Of a DNA stretch of 64,000 nucleotides, positions 38,801 through 48,399 are shown piece by piece (the first letter of the stretch is position 1; every line of letters starts with the position of its first letter). The DNA is from Candidatus Latescibacterota bacterium (lineage in GTDB: Bacteria > Latescibacterota > UBA2968 > GCA-2709665), in contig OZ242180.1 in the NCBI GenBank assembly GCA_965205485.1, positions 1,600,001-1,664,000 of the forward strand, in the 5' to 3' direction. Both the position numbers and the translations under genes were made by a program. A model generated the notes under the pieces. That model was not told where the DNA came from and did no database searches. It worked only from the letters and a program-made list of their open reading frames with translations.

Positions 38801-41396
38801 ATCCCGGCATCGCTTCACCGTGAGCCGTCACCAGTACAACCGGGATTTCCAGCGAGGACCCAAGGCGGGCATATCCATAGTCGAACTGGGGTTTTCGCAC
38901 CCCGACGTAGCGCTCGTACGGATCCAGGGCGAGCGTCTCACGGCTGCGGTTGGGGCGGCCTCCTTTCTCCAGCACCGTGGCTTCGATTCGGACACGTACG
39001 CCCGATGGTTCCGTTCCGGACACAGGCAGCGGCCAGCGCACCCGCGCGCGGCCCTCCGCGTCGAGTTTGCCCTTGAAGATGCTGGCGCGGCTCGGCTTGT
39101 ACGTTACGGCTTCGTTCGTGAAGCTGAAACCCGGGTAGTTGGCAAACTGCCGGGCAGCGTGCGCGAAGTCGACCGTGACCTCGGCATCCAGCCCCACAGC
39201 CGGATTTCCGAAAAGGTAGGTGCTCGCGAGCACCAGTCGCAGTTCCTCGTCCTCAGGCGTCAGACTCGTCTTTTCGGGCTCGATCCGTACCTTCAACCGG
39301 TAAGGGACCACCGTCTCAACCTTCACGGTATGGTCGAACGTCCTGCTTCCCACTTCCAGGCGGGCCCGCCAGTTTCCCGTGGGGTCGTCGGGCTCGGTCC
39401 TGAAGCTGAACGCATAGAAGCCGTCCTTGCCCGTTCGGGACGTCCGCTCGAGTACAAGCTGGTTTCTGGGGTTGAAGAGTTTCAGCGTAACCGGGTGGTT
39501 CTCCGGAAAGGTCTCCTCCGAATTGCGCGCAATCAGTGAAAGGTGGATCTCGTCGCCGGGCCGATAAACGCCACGTTCGGAATAAATGAACGCCCGGACG
39601 CCGTCCTGCGGCGCCGATGCGCCCCCGGTATCGAAGGTCGAGAGGTTCCAGGCCATTTCGTTGCACTTGATGATGCTCTTCTGGTCGTCTTTTTCCGCTT
39701 CAACATAGAAGACGTCCCGCTCTCCGCCGGGGATCGTTACCGCGCCGCGCCTGTCTGTCAGGCCCCGGCCGGCCACCTGGTTCTGAAAGGTACGCAGCGT
39801 GACCGTCACGCCGGACATCGGCGCCGCATTGTTGAGATCCCGGACGTAAACCAGGTGCTGGCGGTGCGCCTTCTTGTACGTCAATCCGATATCGCTTACA
39901 ATAACAGGCTTGAATACCCTTCCGTTTCCGTCGATATATCCCGGCGAAAAGGGATGACTGCTGTAATCCCACAACCGCCAGTTCCACCGCCATTGCTTTC
40001 GCGCTTCCTCGGCCTCGCCCGGCGCGCCGTACAGCATGTCGACGTGCTTGAAGCTGAGACTGAGCAGAAGCGGCCCTTTTTCGGACGGATCGAGCAGCGC
40101 ATTCAGGTCCAATTCATGCTGCAGCCACCGGTTGCGGATCTGGCCGATCTCGAGGACCGTATCGACAAGCCCTACACCTACGCGGTTGACCTCCCGGGAG
40201 TAGAAATCCCGCCTGCGGTCGACGCCACTCTTCAGACTCTGACTCTGCAGGAACTGACCCAGGTTCGAGTCGAAAACCTGCTGAATCCGCAATCTCGCCC
40301 GGCTCACGTTCACCGTGCGGAACCGTACGCGCTGACGGTTGATCGTCGGCAGAATCATCCCGTCTTCGGAGAATCGAATCTGGGGTTTCATGTCCGGTAT
40401 CTGGACGGTTTCGGTATGTTCCGTGGCCGTTGCCGCTCCCCACCGGCTGCGAATGCCCGGATGAATGGTGAATGTATAGTGCCGGCCATGCTCAAACTCC
40501 CCGCTCACGTGGATTTTCCTGCCCGTCGCGCTGATCCGGATATCCATCGCCGGGTCCACGGCGATCAGCCCGCGGAGATCCTGGCCGGGGTCAGGGTCGT
40601 CCGTCATTTCGACCGCGAGCCCGGGCTCCCGCCCCTCCGCACGACCTTCGACTTTGACGACTTTCATCTCTGTTACGGGACCCAGAGTCCTTTTGTTCAC
40701 GTAGTTTCGCGATATCTCCAACGGCTCCTTATCGAGGTTGAAAAGCAGTTCTCGTCTGATTGTTCCCCGTACGATGGGGCCTGAGACAAACGCGAACGTA
40801 GTCCCGTCCGCGTCCGCCGTCCAGACAAGCGAAAGCTGCTCCGGGCCCAAAGACAACCGCCCGGCTTGCCGCACCTGTTCGAGCAAGGTCTTTTCGCTGA
40901 ACACGACCTGCCCTTTGTAGACCACGCGCTGCGGATCGTCTTTCTCGATCAACTCGAAATCCGCGTTCAACGTAACGATCTCCCGGCCGGCAACGTTGAA
41001 CGCGAACTCAAGGGGTCGCAAGTTCATGTGCCGAGGGAACAGGGCGGCGAGATCCAGGGACCCCCGGTATTGCCGCCGGAACGGAAGCGGCGCGTCCGGT
41101 TGGAAGAGAAGCGTGCGCCGGTCCGCCCAGCGGGCGGTCCCGGCGATACGCGGCGCGAAGGTGAACGCGGTCTTCTGAAGGCTCTGCCCGACCCGGTCTA
41201 CCGATACGACAGGCGACACGAACCGCACGCGAATGACGTCTCCCGATCGGATGAGGTCTGACGTCACGTGGCTGACCAGCCTGGCTGTCTCGGCCGAGTA
41301 GGTAATCGTCCCGGATTCGTTCCGCTTTGAAGCACACCCGGCCAAAAAGACTCCGATCAGCAACCACCTGCCGGCGCCAATCCGATTTAGTTTCAT
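35877..41396 (-). CDS. Bacterial alpha-2-macroglobulin (YfhM-like lipoprotein)
   Basis: Lipobox LAGC, RGVYRPG, thioester motif PYGCIEQ, AEAMYD; 1839 aa. Confidence 0.93.
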   Translation of the reverse strand: MKLNRIGAGRWLLIGVFLAGCASKRNESGTITYSAETARLVSHVTSDLIRSGDVIRVRFVSPVVSVDRVGQSLQKTAFTFAPRIAGTARWADRRTLLFQPDAPLPFRRQYRGSLDLAALFPRHMNLRPLEFAFNVAGREIVTLNADFELIEKDDPQRVVYKGQVVFSEKTLLEQVRQAGRLSLGPEQLSLVWTADADGTTFAFVSGPIVRGTIRRELLFNLDKEPLEISRNYVNKRTLGPVTEMKVVKVEGRAEGREPGLAVEMTDDPDPGQDLRGLIAVDPAMDIRISATGRKIHVSGEFEHGRHYTFTIHPGIRSRWGAATATEHTETVQIPDMKPQIRFSEDGMILPTINRQRVRFRTVNVSRARLRIQQVFDSNLGQFLQSQSLKSGVDRRRDFYSREVNRVGVGLVDTVLEIGQIRNRWLQHELDLNALLDPSEKGPLLLSLSFKHVDMLYGAPGEAEEARKQWRWNWRLWDYSSHPFSPGYIDGNGRVFKPVIVSDIGLTYKKAHRQHLVYVRDLNNAAPMSGVTVTLRTFQNQVAGRGLTDRRGAVTIPGGERDVFYVEAEKDDQKSIIKCNEMAWNLSTFDTGGASAPQDGVRAFIYSERGVYRPGDEIHLSLIARNSEETFPENHPVTLKLFNPRNQLVLERTSRTGKDGFYAFSFRTEPDDPTGNWRARLEVGSRTFDHTVKVETVVPYRLKVRIEPEKTSLTPEDEELRLVLASTYLFGNPAVGLDAEVTVDFAHAARQFANYPGFSFTNEAVTYKPSRASIFKGKLDAEGRARVRWPLPVSGTEPSGVRVRIEATVLEKGGRPNRSRETLALDPYERYVGVRKPQFDYGYARLGSSLEIPVVLVTAHGEAMPGLPLEYRIYRSTSNWWWEYESRDQFRLKFKTDQYTEQIESGSLFSKAAPVPLVFTPGERGEYLIEVADAAGHTAAFFMRAYPWGEAQADPKSAGMLALKTDRKAYAPGDSALVTFPAPRQGAILVSVEQDNRILQTRWYEPDGRPDEFQVPVPITRDMAPTAYVGVSVLQPYAQTMNDRPIRLYGVVPLNVSDPRTRQDITLRMPAELTPESPFQIQVETVDGEPAQFTLAVVDEGLLALTGFSTPDAWQSFYRKRRLGVVTHDVYSHVIGANKGDVFKTFAVGGGFAYRASQLEPERAKRFKAVSLFKGPIETDAQGRATVDFEMPDYTGSVRAMAVSASGGRYGKAETSVPVKTELMVMPTLPRVLGPGDRITVPVTVFAMVDSIGPTVVSIHAEGPVSVAGPARQELDFSTSGEQELSFALEAASAVGQARVVVAAEAPDIVADHATDLNVRPSSPRTYAAQEQEIRPGERVRFTVPDRGLPGTNRARVVLRRHPDFGMTHRLLRLVRFPYGCIEQTVSTAFPLLYLSTFLEGVKYAGDATVQIDRFINSAIRKLRKFKLGSGGFAYWPGANTVSTWGSLYAGHFLIEAAKLGYHVPQDLMANWLRYEKSRSLTVKDRLMARVYRVYLLALAGEYQIGPMNLLKETGIKDMNDTQKWLLAAAYHLAGVERTAAQILIPAGKRVEVYNESGGTYGSGMRDLAIILNTLVMFERWSEADEVAKDLGQALASQKWYSTQTTGFMLLSLGKYVRSLDRGEDSPSVLAGTIHLPDGREMPFETDQPAWHVEIEEGFGREVAVTLDSASTVRRAFATLDWDGVPLTDDEGDTSSKLALKVRWLNDDGLPVDPAELSQGENFWGHFRVRNLAVPRDVEELALVQVLPAGWEIDNPRLSARTAPNWTKRLNLNREEYMDARDDRVMWFFDFEGRRDLDFVVRLNAVTAGSFRLPASVAEAMYDRSYRATAAGKRVVVKQR

Positions 41397-41536
41397 CCCC
41401 TACTCCCCATGGCATATTGTGGAAACATCGGTCTACACAGCCAGCGACGGGCAATCCGATCCTCGTCGATAACGATTCATCGTCCGACATTGCCCCGGAA
41501 AACCGCTTGACATCATCGGGCTGATCTATACCTTAA

Positions 41537-41695
41537 CAGCCCGTTGAAAAGCCCATCCGGGCTACGTCCGGCCCTTGTGGCCGAATTACTGCGTTACACT
41601 CCCTCCCCGAATCCCCCGATTCGACGCGGTCGCGCGCCTTGTCTTCGGCCACAATGACTCGGCCTCGCCTGCAGAGCGACTTTATCAACGGACTG
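41537..41695 (+). mobile_element. MITE family A, copy 1
   Basis: Terminal inverted repeats CAGCCCGTTGAAAAG...CTTTATCAACGGACTG, TTAA on both sides; two more copies in window. Confidence 0.85.
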
Positions 41696-41744
41696 TTAAT
41701 CGCCGAAAACCGGCAACGTGTCACGAGACATCAGGAGATTTCCG

Positions 41745-42806
41745 ATGAAATTCGGCCAATTCTACCTGCTGGAAACCCCGCCCGGCAAAGACCACGCCGA
41801 AGTCTACCACGAAGCGTTCGAACAGTTCAAGCTCATGGATGAATTGGGCTGGGACGCCATCTGGCTGGCCGAACACCACTTCGACCACAAGGCGCCGGGC
41901 GCCAACTACTACTCGATTACCCCGTCCATCCATACCATGGCCGCGTACGCGTCGGCCATTACGGAACGCATCAAGATCGGAACCGCGGTCATCGTACTGC
42001 CCTTCCATAACCCGGTAATCGTCGCGGAAGACTTCGCCACCGTGGATATCATGTCCAAAGGACGGCTCCTCTTCGGCGTGGGGCGAGGTTACCAATTGGA
42101 GGAGTTTCACAACTGGGGCATCGACCTGGAGGAAAGCCGGGAGCGCTTTCAGGAAGAACTGGAAATCATCCTGAAAGCCTGGACGGGCCCCGTGGAATAC
42201 GACGGCAAGTTCCACAAGGTCCGGAAAGTCAACGTCATCCCGAAGCCGGTACAACAGCCGCATCCGCCGGTCTACGTCGCGGCGGTAAGTCCCTCGACGT
42301 ACGAATGGGTCATCAAGAACGGATACAACGTCCTGACTTCGTTCCTGCATCCCTACGACCAGGTCTTCGAGCTCTATGAAGCGTATCACAAGACGGCCGA
42401 CGCGTGCGGCCTGTCAGGAAAGCTGGACTTCCCGCTGGCGAGATTCCTCTACGTTGCCGAATCGACAGAGAAAGCCCGCGAGGAATGCCACGACCAACTC
42501 ATGTGGTATTTCCGCACCCTGCTTGCGGAGGTTATCGCGCCGCCGCCCGAGATCGCTCCGCCCGGACAGATGGAATTCTACCAGGAACTGAAGGAGAAAT
42601 TCTCGAACATCAGCTTCGACGAGATCCTGGCCGAACACGCCATCGTTGGCGATCCGGACTTCGTGGCCGACAAAATCGGCTGGATCCAAAAACATACGGG
42701 GTTGCAGAACTTCATGGGGTGGACCCGCATCGGAGACCTGCATCCCGATCTGGTCTGCAAGTCCCTGCGCATGTTCTCCGAACACGTCGCGCCGGCATTT
42801 GATTGA
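41745..42806 (+). CDS. LLM-class (luciferase-like) flavin-dependent oxidoreductase
   Basis: MKFG, WLAEHHF, TERIKIGTAV, GRLLFGVGRGY, PKPVQQPHPP. Confidence 0.92.
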   Translation: MKFGQFYLLETPPGKDHAEVYHEAFEQFKLMDELGWDAIWLAEHHFDHKAPGANYYSITPSIHTMAAYASAITERIKIGTAVIVLPFHNPVIVAEDFATVDIMSKGRLLFGVGRGYQLEEFHNWGIDLEESRERFQEELEIILKAWTGPVEYDGKFHKVRKVNVIPKPVQQPHPPVYVAAVSPSTYEWVIKNGYNVLTSFLHPYDQVFELYEAYHKTADACGLSGKLDFPLARFLYVAESTEKAREECHDQLMWYFRTLLAEVIAPPPEIAPPGQMEFYQELKEKFSNISFDEILAEHAIVGDPDFVADKIGWIQKHTGLQNFMGWTRIGDLHPDLVCKSLRMFSEHVAPAFD

Positions 42807-42837
42807 ACGCACCGCTGAATTGCTACCCGGACCCTTC

Positions 42838-43173
42838 CTATTCCCGCCACGCCGGCTGTGTAACATGCACCAGCAGCGCGCCCTCCGGAACCGTGATCAC
42901 GGTTGACGTTCCCTCTTCGATATATCCCAGGTCCCCGACCTCGAAACGTACGGGCTCGTGTCCTTCCGCGTGGACTTCCAGCGCGCCTTTGAGCATGAAG
43001 AAGACCTCATTGTAGTCGAAGGTCCATTCCAGCCGGCTGGGTTCGAGGTATTCCGTGAATCCTGCGGCGAGGCAGTCGTCCTTGCCGAGTATCGGGTCGG
43101 AAACCTGTACCTTGGCCCCGGGCGCATCGTACAGCTTCATGTCCCGTTGATCCGGTTTGACGATTTGTACCAT
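42838..43173 (-). CDS. EutQ-like cupin
   Basis: LAAGFTEY...LEWTFDYNEVFFMLKGALEV...GDLGYIEEG. Confidence 0.75.
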   Translation of the reverse strand: MVQIVKPDQRDMKLYDAPGAKVQVSDPILGKDDCLAAGFTEYLEPSRLEWTFDYNEVFFMLKGALEVHAEGHEPVRFEVGDLGYIEEGTSTVITVPEGALLVHVTQPAWRE

Positions 43174-43357
43174 AACAACCCTCCTTAGCGGACGTGGCAG
43201 CGAAAAGCGGGTAGAAGGGAAACGGGAGAGGGCCAGCGTGTGACCAAGCTGTCAGCCGTCAGCCATCAGCTAAAACCAGAAAACCGATCAAGTTGACATC
43301 AGCGCTATAATCTGGACCCCACAAGGGGCGCCCCTACAAATCCAAATACGGCGCGTC

Positions 43358-43545
43358 CGGTGGTGTGGGGGGTTTTTCCGTGTCAATCCGTCCCGCACCT
43401 TAGTTTTGGTTCGCCTTAGGGGCACTTAGGCCACCCAATTCCCTCTGCGGCACTGTGGTGATTCACGGAAAAACCGGCCCCGCGCCGAGCGGCGCCGTTC
43501 TTTTTGGCCCTTTTTCTTTGGCGAGAAAGAAAAAGGGCATAAGAT
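43358..43545 (+). repeat. Structured dispersed element, copy A
   Basis: Stem GGTTTTTCCGTG/CACGGAAAAACC around 81 nt; 13-bp terminal hairpin; 72 bp identical to copy B. Confidence 0.8.
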
Positions 43546-43686
43546 AATAAATAATAGGAAGTTAGTCGGATAATGGTTGCCTGCGGTCAGCAGAAACAAC
43601 CATGCCCATTCACTGTATCAGATCGCGCTCGCTTCGATATGCTCGACGAACATCATTGAGCCGTTAAAGGTATTTCCGGCGGGGGG

Positions 43687-46050
43687 TCACGGCTCCAGAA
43701 CCTGCCGTGTCTCCGCTTCCGAGGCAATGGTCTCCCAGTCCCACAGTTGAGGGATATACGATATGCCACATCGTTGTATTTCCCCACGGAGTTGTCTCCG
43801 CCAATGGTCCCCGACATGCCCAGAGTGCGGGCTGCCGGGATGCCCGGAGGCCCCCAGCGGCACGATCCACAACGAATTGCTCCAGTCCGACGGATCGTGG
43901 ATGTACCGGTTTACCGACATCCCGGTTGCAACAAAGGGCTCGCTCACGTCATACCCGCCAGCCAGCGGCACGTCTCCGTCCCCGTGCGTGGGCAGGCATG
44001 GCGGATCCAGAAGCCGTGCGCATTCCGGAAAAACCTGCGACAGCGGATGCCTCGGACGGGTGTGGTGGACGCGGCCCCACCGCCACTCCGACATCTCATC
44101 GCCCAAGCGCTCCCTGAGGTCGCCGACGGCCTGACGGAGACTCTCAGCCAGAAGGTCTTCCCAGCTGCGTCCCTCCGGCAACATAGACCCGTCGCCCCGC
44201 TCGAGGCCCAGGATCATCTCCAGAACGATCAATCGGATATGCGCCTCCCCTCCTGAAGCCCCTTCCAGCGCAGGGGCCGCCATTTCGCCCAGCAGGTGTT
44301 CCGCCAGGATTCGCGTGGCGCACAGGCGGGTTTGGGAATAGATCGTCGGCTGTGGCAGGTCCCGGTCCATGCGATAGTCCCACTCGCGCAGGAGAGCCAG
44401 GGCTCGCCCGGACGCCGCGTCGGGAGTGCTGATATTCAGGAGCGCCTGTGTAAAAATCCTCGCCGGAATCGACGTCCGGTCTGCGTGCATACCAGCCATA
44501 TCCTCCACGGTTGCCGTGCCAGGCTTCAGATCCAGTATGTCCAGTTGAAGCCGTCTGGCCCTGTATTCCGGACTGAAGTACAGCCCGACGTAGTGCGGAT
44601 AGTCGTGTCCGGCCACGCGCTGGTTGCAGGTCACCGCGTACCCGGCCTGCGGATCGATCGCCCGTGGCAGGTCGTCGTGAGGGATATACCCCTGCCACTC
44701 GTATTCCCCGGTCCACCCCGGTACCGCCCGCCATCCATTGGCCTCGGTACGAATGGGGATCTTTCCCTCGTGCAGATATCCGAATCCGCCCCGGACGTCC
44801 ACAACCGCATAGTTGTTCACCCGGTCGGTCCAATTCTCAAATGCGCCGTGCAGTTCCTCAGCGGTGGTCGAGAACATCGCCTCCCTTGCGGCGTCCAGCC
44901 ACGGGGTGCCTTTGATGAGGCCCGGATCGCTGATCGCGATTCCGTACCCGGCCTCGGGATTGCCCGCGATGACAGGGCCGTGATGCGTGACGGTCACTTC
45001 GATCTCTTCCGCCTCTGCGTCACGTACTTCAATTGTCTCACGCAGGACTTCAGCCTGTATCCACTCGCCCCTGAATGCATACTCCCGCCGGCCTGACGTC
45101 TCCCGGAAGCGCTCCACGAAAAGGTCCTGCGTGTCGGCATTTCCGTACGTCATTCCCCAACCCACGTGCTGGTTGTGGCAGAAGTGCAGGATCCCGGGCA
45201 TCCCGGGTATCGAAGATCCGATAATCGAGAATTCGGGACATGAGAGATGGGCCTGATAGTAGACGCTCGGCGTATCCAGTGCCCGGTGAGAATCCCCGCC
45301 CATCAGCGGCAATCCGGAGCGGGTACGGTCCCCAGAAATCGACCAGGCGTTGGACCCGGCGTCCGCCTCCTTCAGCCAGTTGACGTCCTCCAGCGCTTTC
45401 CCGAGTTCCTCCAGCCCGTCCACCGCAGGCCCTCGATACACCTCCCCGGGGGGTACGGTGAGCAGATGGCCGCCGGGATACCCCTTGATCATGCGCGCTG
45501 CCCTCTCGGGGCCGATTTCGAGGGCCAGGCGCGTCCGGAAGAGTTTCGGCTCAAACGTCCCCAGCAGGGTATTGCGCATCTTGTAGACGGCAATACAGTG
45601 CCAGTTCTCCCACGGTTCGGGCGACCTGTCCAGAAGTTTGTATTCGACCGGATACGTCGACGTCGTTTCGATGAATGCGTTCACGCCCGCGGTGTACGCG
45701 TCCACCATCGCTCTCGCGGCTGCGCCCGCCGCCTCGTAGTCATGCCTGGCGGTGCGCCCCATTCCGGCCGTACGCAACAGCCTGTCCTGGTCCACGCCGT
45801 CGGGGCCGGCGATTTCCGCCCACCGCCCCAGCGCCCGGAACCGGTCGTAGTCCATATGCCAGAGCCGGTCCTGGGCTGTCGCGAAACCCTGCGCGAAGAA
45901 TACGTCGTGTTCGTTGCCGGCGCGAATGTGCGGAATGCCCCACCGGTCCCGACAGATTGTAACCGCGTCGATCAGACCGGGCAGGCGTAGCGTGGAGGTC
46001 ACATCCGGCAGCGCGCCCTCAAGGTCGGCCTCCGTGAGCTCTACTGGCAT
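43687..46050 (-). CDS. Penicillin acylase family (Ntn-hydrolase)
   Basis: RDRWGIPHI, AQDRLWHMD, GSNAW catalytic Ser, THHGPV, SGHPGSPH. Confidence 0.93.
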   Translation of the reverse strand: MPVELTEADLEGALPDVTSTLRLPGLIDAVTICRDRWGIPHIRAGNEHDVFFAQGFATAQDRLWHMDYDRFRALGRWAEIAGPDGVDQDRLLRTAGMGRTARHDYEAAGAAARAMVDAYTAGVNAFIETTSTYPVEYKLLDRSPEPWENWHCIAVYKMRNTLLGTFEPKLFRTRLALEIGPERAARMIKGYPGGHLLTVPPGEVYRGPAVDGLEELGKALEDVNWLKEADAGSNAWSISGDRTRSGLPLMGGDSHRALDTPSVYYQAHLSCPEFSIIGSSIPGMPGILHFCHNQHVGWGMTYGNADTQDLFVERFRETSGRREYAFRGEWIQAEVLRETIEVRDAEAEEIEVTVTHHGPVIAGNPEAGYGIAISDPGLIKGTPWLDAAREAMFSTTAEELHGAFENWTDRVNNYAVVDVRGGFGYLHEGKIPIRTEANGWRAVPGWTGEYEWQGYIPHDDLPRAIDPQAGYAVTCNQRVAGHDYPHYVGLYFSPEYRARRLQLDILDLKPGTATVEDMAGMHADRTSIPARIFTQALLNISTPDAASGRALALLREWDYRMDRDLPQPTIYSQTRLCATRILAEHLLGEMAAPALEGASGGEAHIRLIVLEMILGLERGDGSMLPEGRSWEDLLAESLRQAVGDLRERLGDEMSEWRWGRVHHTRPRHPLSQVFPECARLLDPPCLPTHGDGDVPLAGGYDVSEPFVATGMSVNRYIHDPSDWSNSLWIVPLGASGHPGSPHSGHVGDHWRRQLRGEIQRCGISYIPQLWDWETIASEAETRQVLEP

Positions 46051-46167
46051 GCATTGTCCTCTTCAATGGTGGTCTACGACGAACTCTGGCGTGCGTAATT
46101 CGATTATCGAACGGTTTTCTTTGTGTCTTGGTGCCTTTGTGCCTTTGTGTGAGGATGACGTTGAATT

Positions 46168-47076
46168 CTAAGCCGACGCCACGCGGTCGAGCCAGCGTTG
46201 AACCGCCTCCGAGAAACCGTCTGCGTTGTGGTCGGACACCACAGGAAACCGCGCTCGCAAGGGCTCCGGGGCGTTTTGGACGACAAATGGAAATCCGCAC
46301 CAATGCAACATATCCGAGTCATTATAGTCGTTGCCGATGGCAGCGGTGCGGCCGGCGTCCACGCCCAGGCGTTCGCACAGCCTGGCAGCGGACCGGGCCT
46401 TGGAAACGTGCTTTGGAAAAATCTCGAACCACGTGGACTGGTGGTCGGAAGGCGACGTGGTCCGGATCACCGACAGGTCCTCCAGGGCGTTCGAGAGCGC
46501 GTCGTGAGTGCGCAAGGGATCCGTTTCGGTCGGACAGACAACCACAAACTGCGAGGCCCGGCCGTTTCCGGGGCAACCGGGAATCAACGGGCGACAGTGT
46601 TCCGCGTTGTATTGACGCCTGCGTACAAAATCGGGGTTGTTTTCGTTCTGCTCCCAGTACTCGAACGTATGGTTCTCCGGAACGGGCGCGTGGATCATGA
46701 AGTCATATCCGCCGTCGATAAGATGCCCGGTAACGCGGCGCACGTCTCCGGCGGAAAGGGAATGGGATTCCACCAGCGTCTGATCCCGACAATCGAAAAC
46801 ACCGACCCCGGACGAAGTGATCAGAAAATCGATCGGGAATGACTCGCTCAGGACGGTACGGGCCGACATATGCGACCTGCCGGTGACCACCGTCCGCCAG
46901 ACGTTCTTTCCGCCCAGCTTTTTCAGCGTTTCCAGGCTTCGGACGCTTGCCTTGCGATCGCTCTGCAGCAGCGTGCCGTCAAGGTCCGTAAACAGTGCAA
47001 GGCCCGATCTTTCTTCATCTGGCGCCAACCCGTGCCTCCATCCACGCGCGGTCGACCTTTCAGCCGCGCTGCCCAA
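46168..47076 (-). CDS. Cof-type HAD-IIB hydrolase
   Basis: TDLDGTLL, VTGRS, SKA, IGNDYNDSDML; start may lie downstream of 47076. Confidence 0.88.
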   Translation of the reverse strand: MGSAAERSTARGWRHGLAPDEERSGLALFTDLDGTLLQSDRKASVRSLETLKKLGGKNVWRTVVTGRSHMSARTVLSESFPIDFLITSSGVGVFDCRDQTLVESHSLSAGDVRRVTGHLIDGGYDFMIHAPVPENHTFEYWEQNENNPDFVRRRQYNAEHCRPLIPGCPGNGRASQFVVVCPTETDPLRTHDALSNALEDLSVIRTTSPSDHQSTWFEIFPKHVSKARSAARLCERLGVDAGRTAAIGNDYNDSDMLHWCGFPFVVQNAPEPLRARFPVVSDHNADGFSEAVQRWLDRVASA

Positions 47077-47192
47077 GCATCGGCAAAACGACAGGAATAC
47101 AACACAAAAAACGGCGCACTACCGTGCGCCTTCTCTCTCATTCAAGGCCCCTGACCTGTCTTCGGTTCAGGCGAATCCTGCCGATCTGCCGG

Positions 47193-47774
47193 TCAATCCC
47201 GGGACCGTTTGCGGAAATACAACACCCGGTGCAGGGCGGTATAGTTGGACAGAAACGCAATGGCCCAGATCGCTATCGTCAGACCGATTTCGCCCACGAG
47301 CGCCCCCACGCCAATGGCGATGACCCGTTCAGGCCGCTGCATGAAACCGACCTTGCACTCCTCGCCCAGACCCTCCACACGCGCACGGATATAGCTCACC
47401 ATCAGCGAGCCAGCCAGCGCAAAAAATACGGCGGACGTGGTCCAGAGGGAGTCCGACCGTATGAAGCTGACCGCCACGCCGAACCAGATCACGATTTCCG
47501 AATACCGGTCTACGGTGGAATCCAGCAGGGCGCCGAACGTGGTTTCGCTCCGCCCCACACGAGCCACCTGTCCATCCAGAAAATCGAACACTCCCGCGAG
47601 CAGCACAGTCAGACCGGCCCACCGCAGGTAATCGAATCCGAAAAGCACCGCCGCGACGAGGTTCAGGAGGAACCCGACCAGGGTAAGCGCATTCGGCCGG
47701 AACCGCTTCTTGACAAGATACTGCGTGGAGGGTTCAAGCAGTTCGGCAACGTCGTCTTTAACCTTTTCGATCAC
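47193..47774 (-). CDS. CDP-alcohol phosphatidyltransferase (PgsA/PIP-synthase-like)
   Basis: PNALT, DFLDGQVAR...FGALLDSTVDR, SYIRARVE, MQRPER; GTG start with GGAG RBS. Confidence 0.92.
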   Translation of the reverse strand: MIEKVKDDVAELLEPSTQYLVKKRFRPNALTLVGFLLNLVAAVLFGFDYLRWAGLTVLLAGVFDFLDGQVARVGRSETTFGALLDSTVDRYSEIVIWFGVAVSFIRSDSLWTTSAVFFALAGSLMVSYIRARVEGLGEECKVGFMQRPERVIAIGVGALVGEIGLTIAIWAIAFLSNYTALHRVLYFRKRSRD

Positions 47775-47793
47775 GAGCCAACATTCTCCATAG

Positions 47794-47939
47794 CAGTCCG
47801 TTGAGAAAGTCGCTCTGCAGGCGCGGTCGAAGACAAGGCGCGCGACCGAGTCCCATCCTGCGATTCGGCGAGGGAGCGCAACGCAGTATTTCGACCGCAA
47901 GGGCCGGCCGTAGCCCGGATGGGCTTTTTCAACGGGCTG
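47794..47939 (-). mobile_element. MITE family A, copy 2 (inverted, internal deletion)
   Basis: CAGTCCGTTGAGAAAG...CTTTTTCAACGGGCTG. Confidence 0.85.
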
Positions 47940-48316
47940 TGAGGCCGCAAATACCCACTCCCAGGGTATAAATTTACCCACTGCAGATTTTCCGAAATAT
48001 AGAATAATCGCAGGGGGGTAGCAAGGGAAATCTTCCAACCCGGACGCGCCGCGGATCGACCGATTTCCAACCGTCGACGGGAGGCGCGCTCTATGCCTCC
48101 GGAGTTATCCCGATGTTTTCCACATATCGCGGTTTCGGTAGTAGAGATTGTGAATTACTTCATATAAACTGAAAAATAACACTGATTTAATTATAAACAC
48201 CAGCGGCTGTCCACGTTTTCAACAATGTGAATTCCCAATGCGTCAGATGCCCAATACGACACCTGTAGTCGACCCTCGCCGGGGCGTGCGGACGCCTGCT
48301 TCGTCGTCCTTATCCC

Positions 48317-48345
48317 TTGACATGCGCCGGCCGGCATGTTATTCT
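48317..48345 (+). promoter_or_regulatory. sigma70 promoter of FAH-family gene
   Basis: TTGACA-17 nt-TATTCT with extended TG; ACATGC...GCATGT dyad spans the spacer. Confidence 0.65.
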
Positions 48346-48399
48346 TCGCACCCTGTTCGGCAGGACATCGTAATCCAAAAAAGAAAGGGTGTCCAACTT

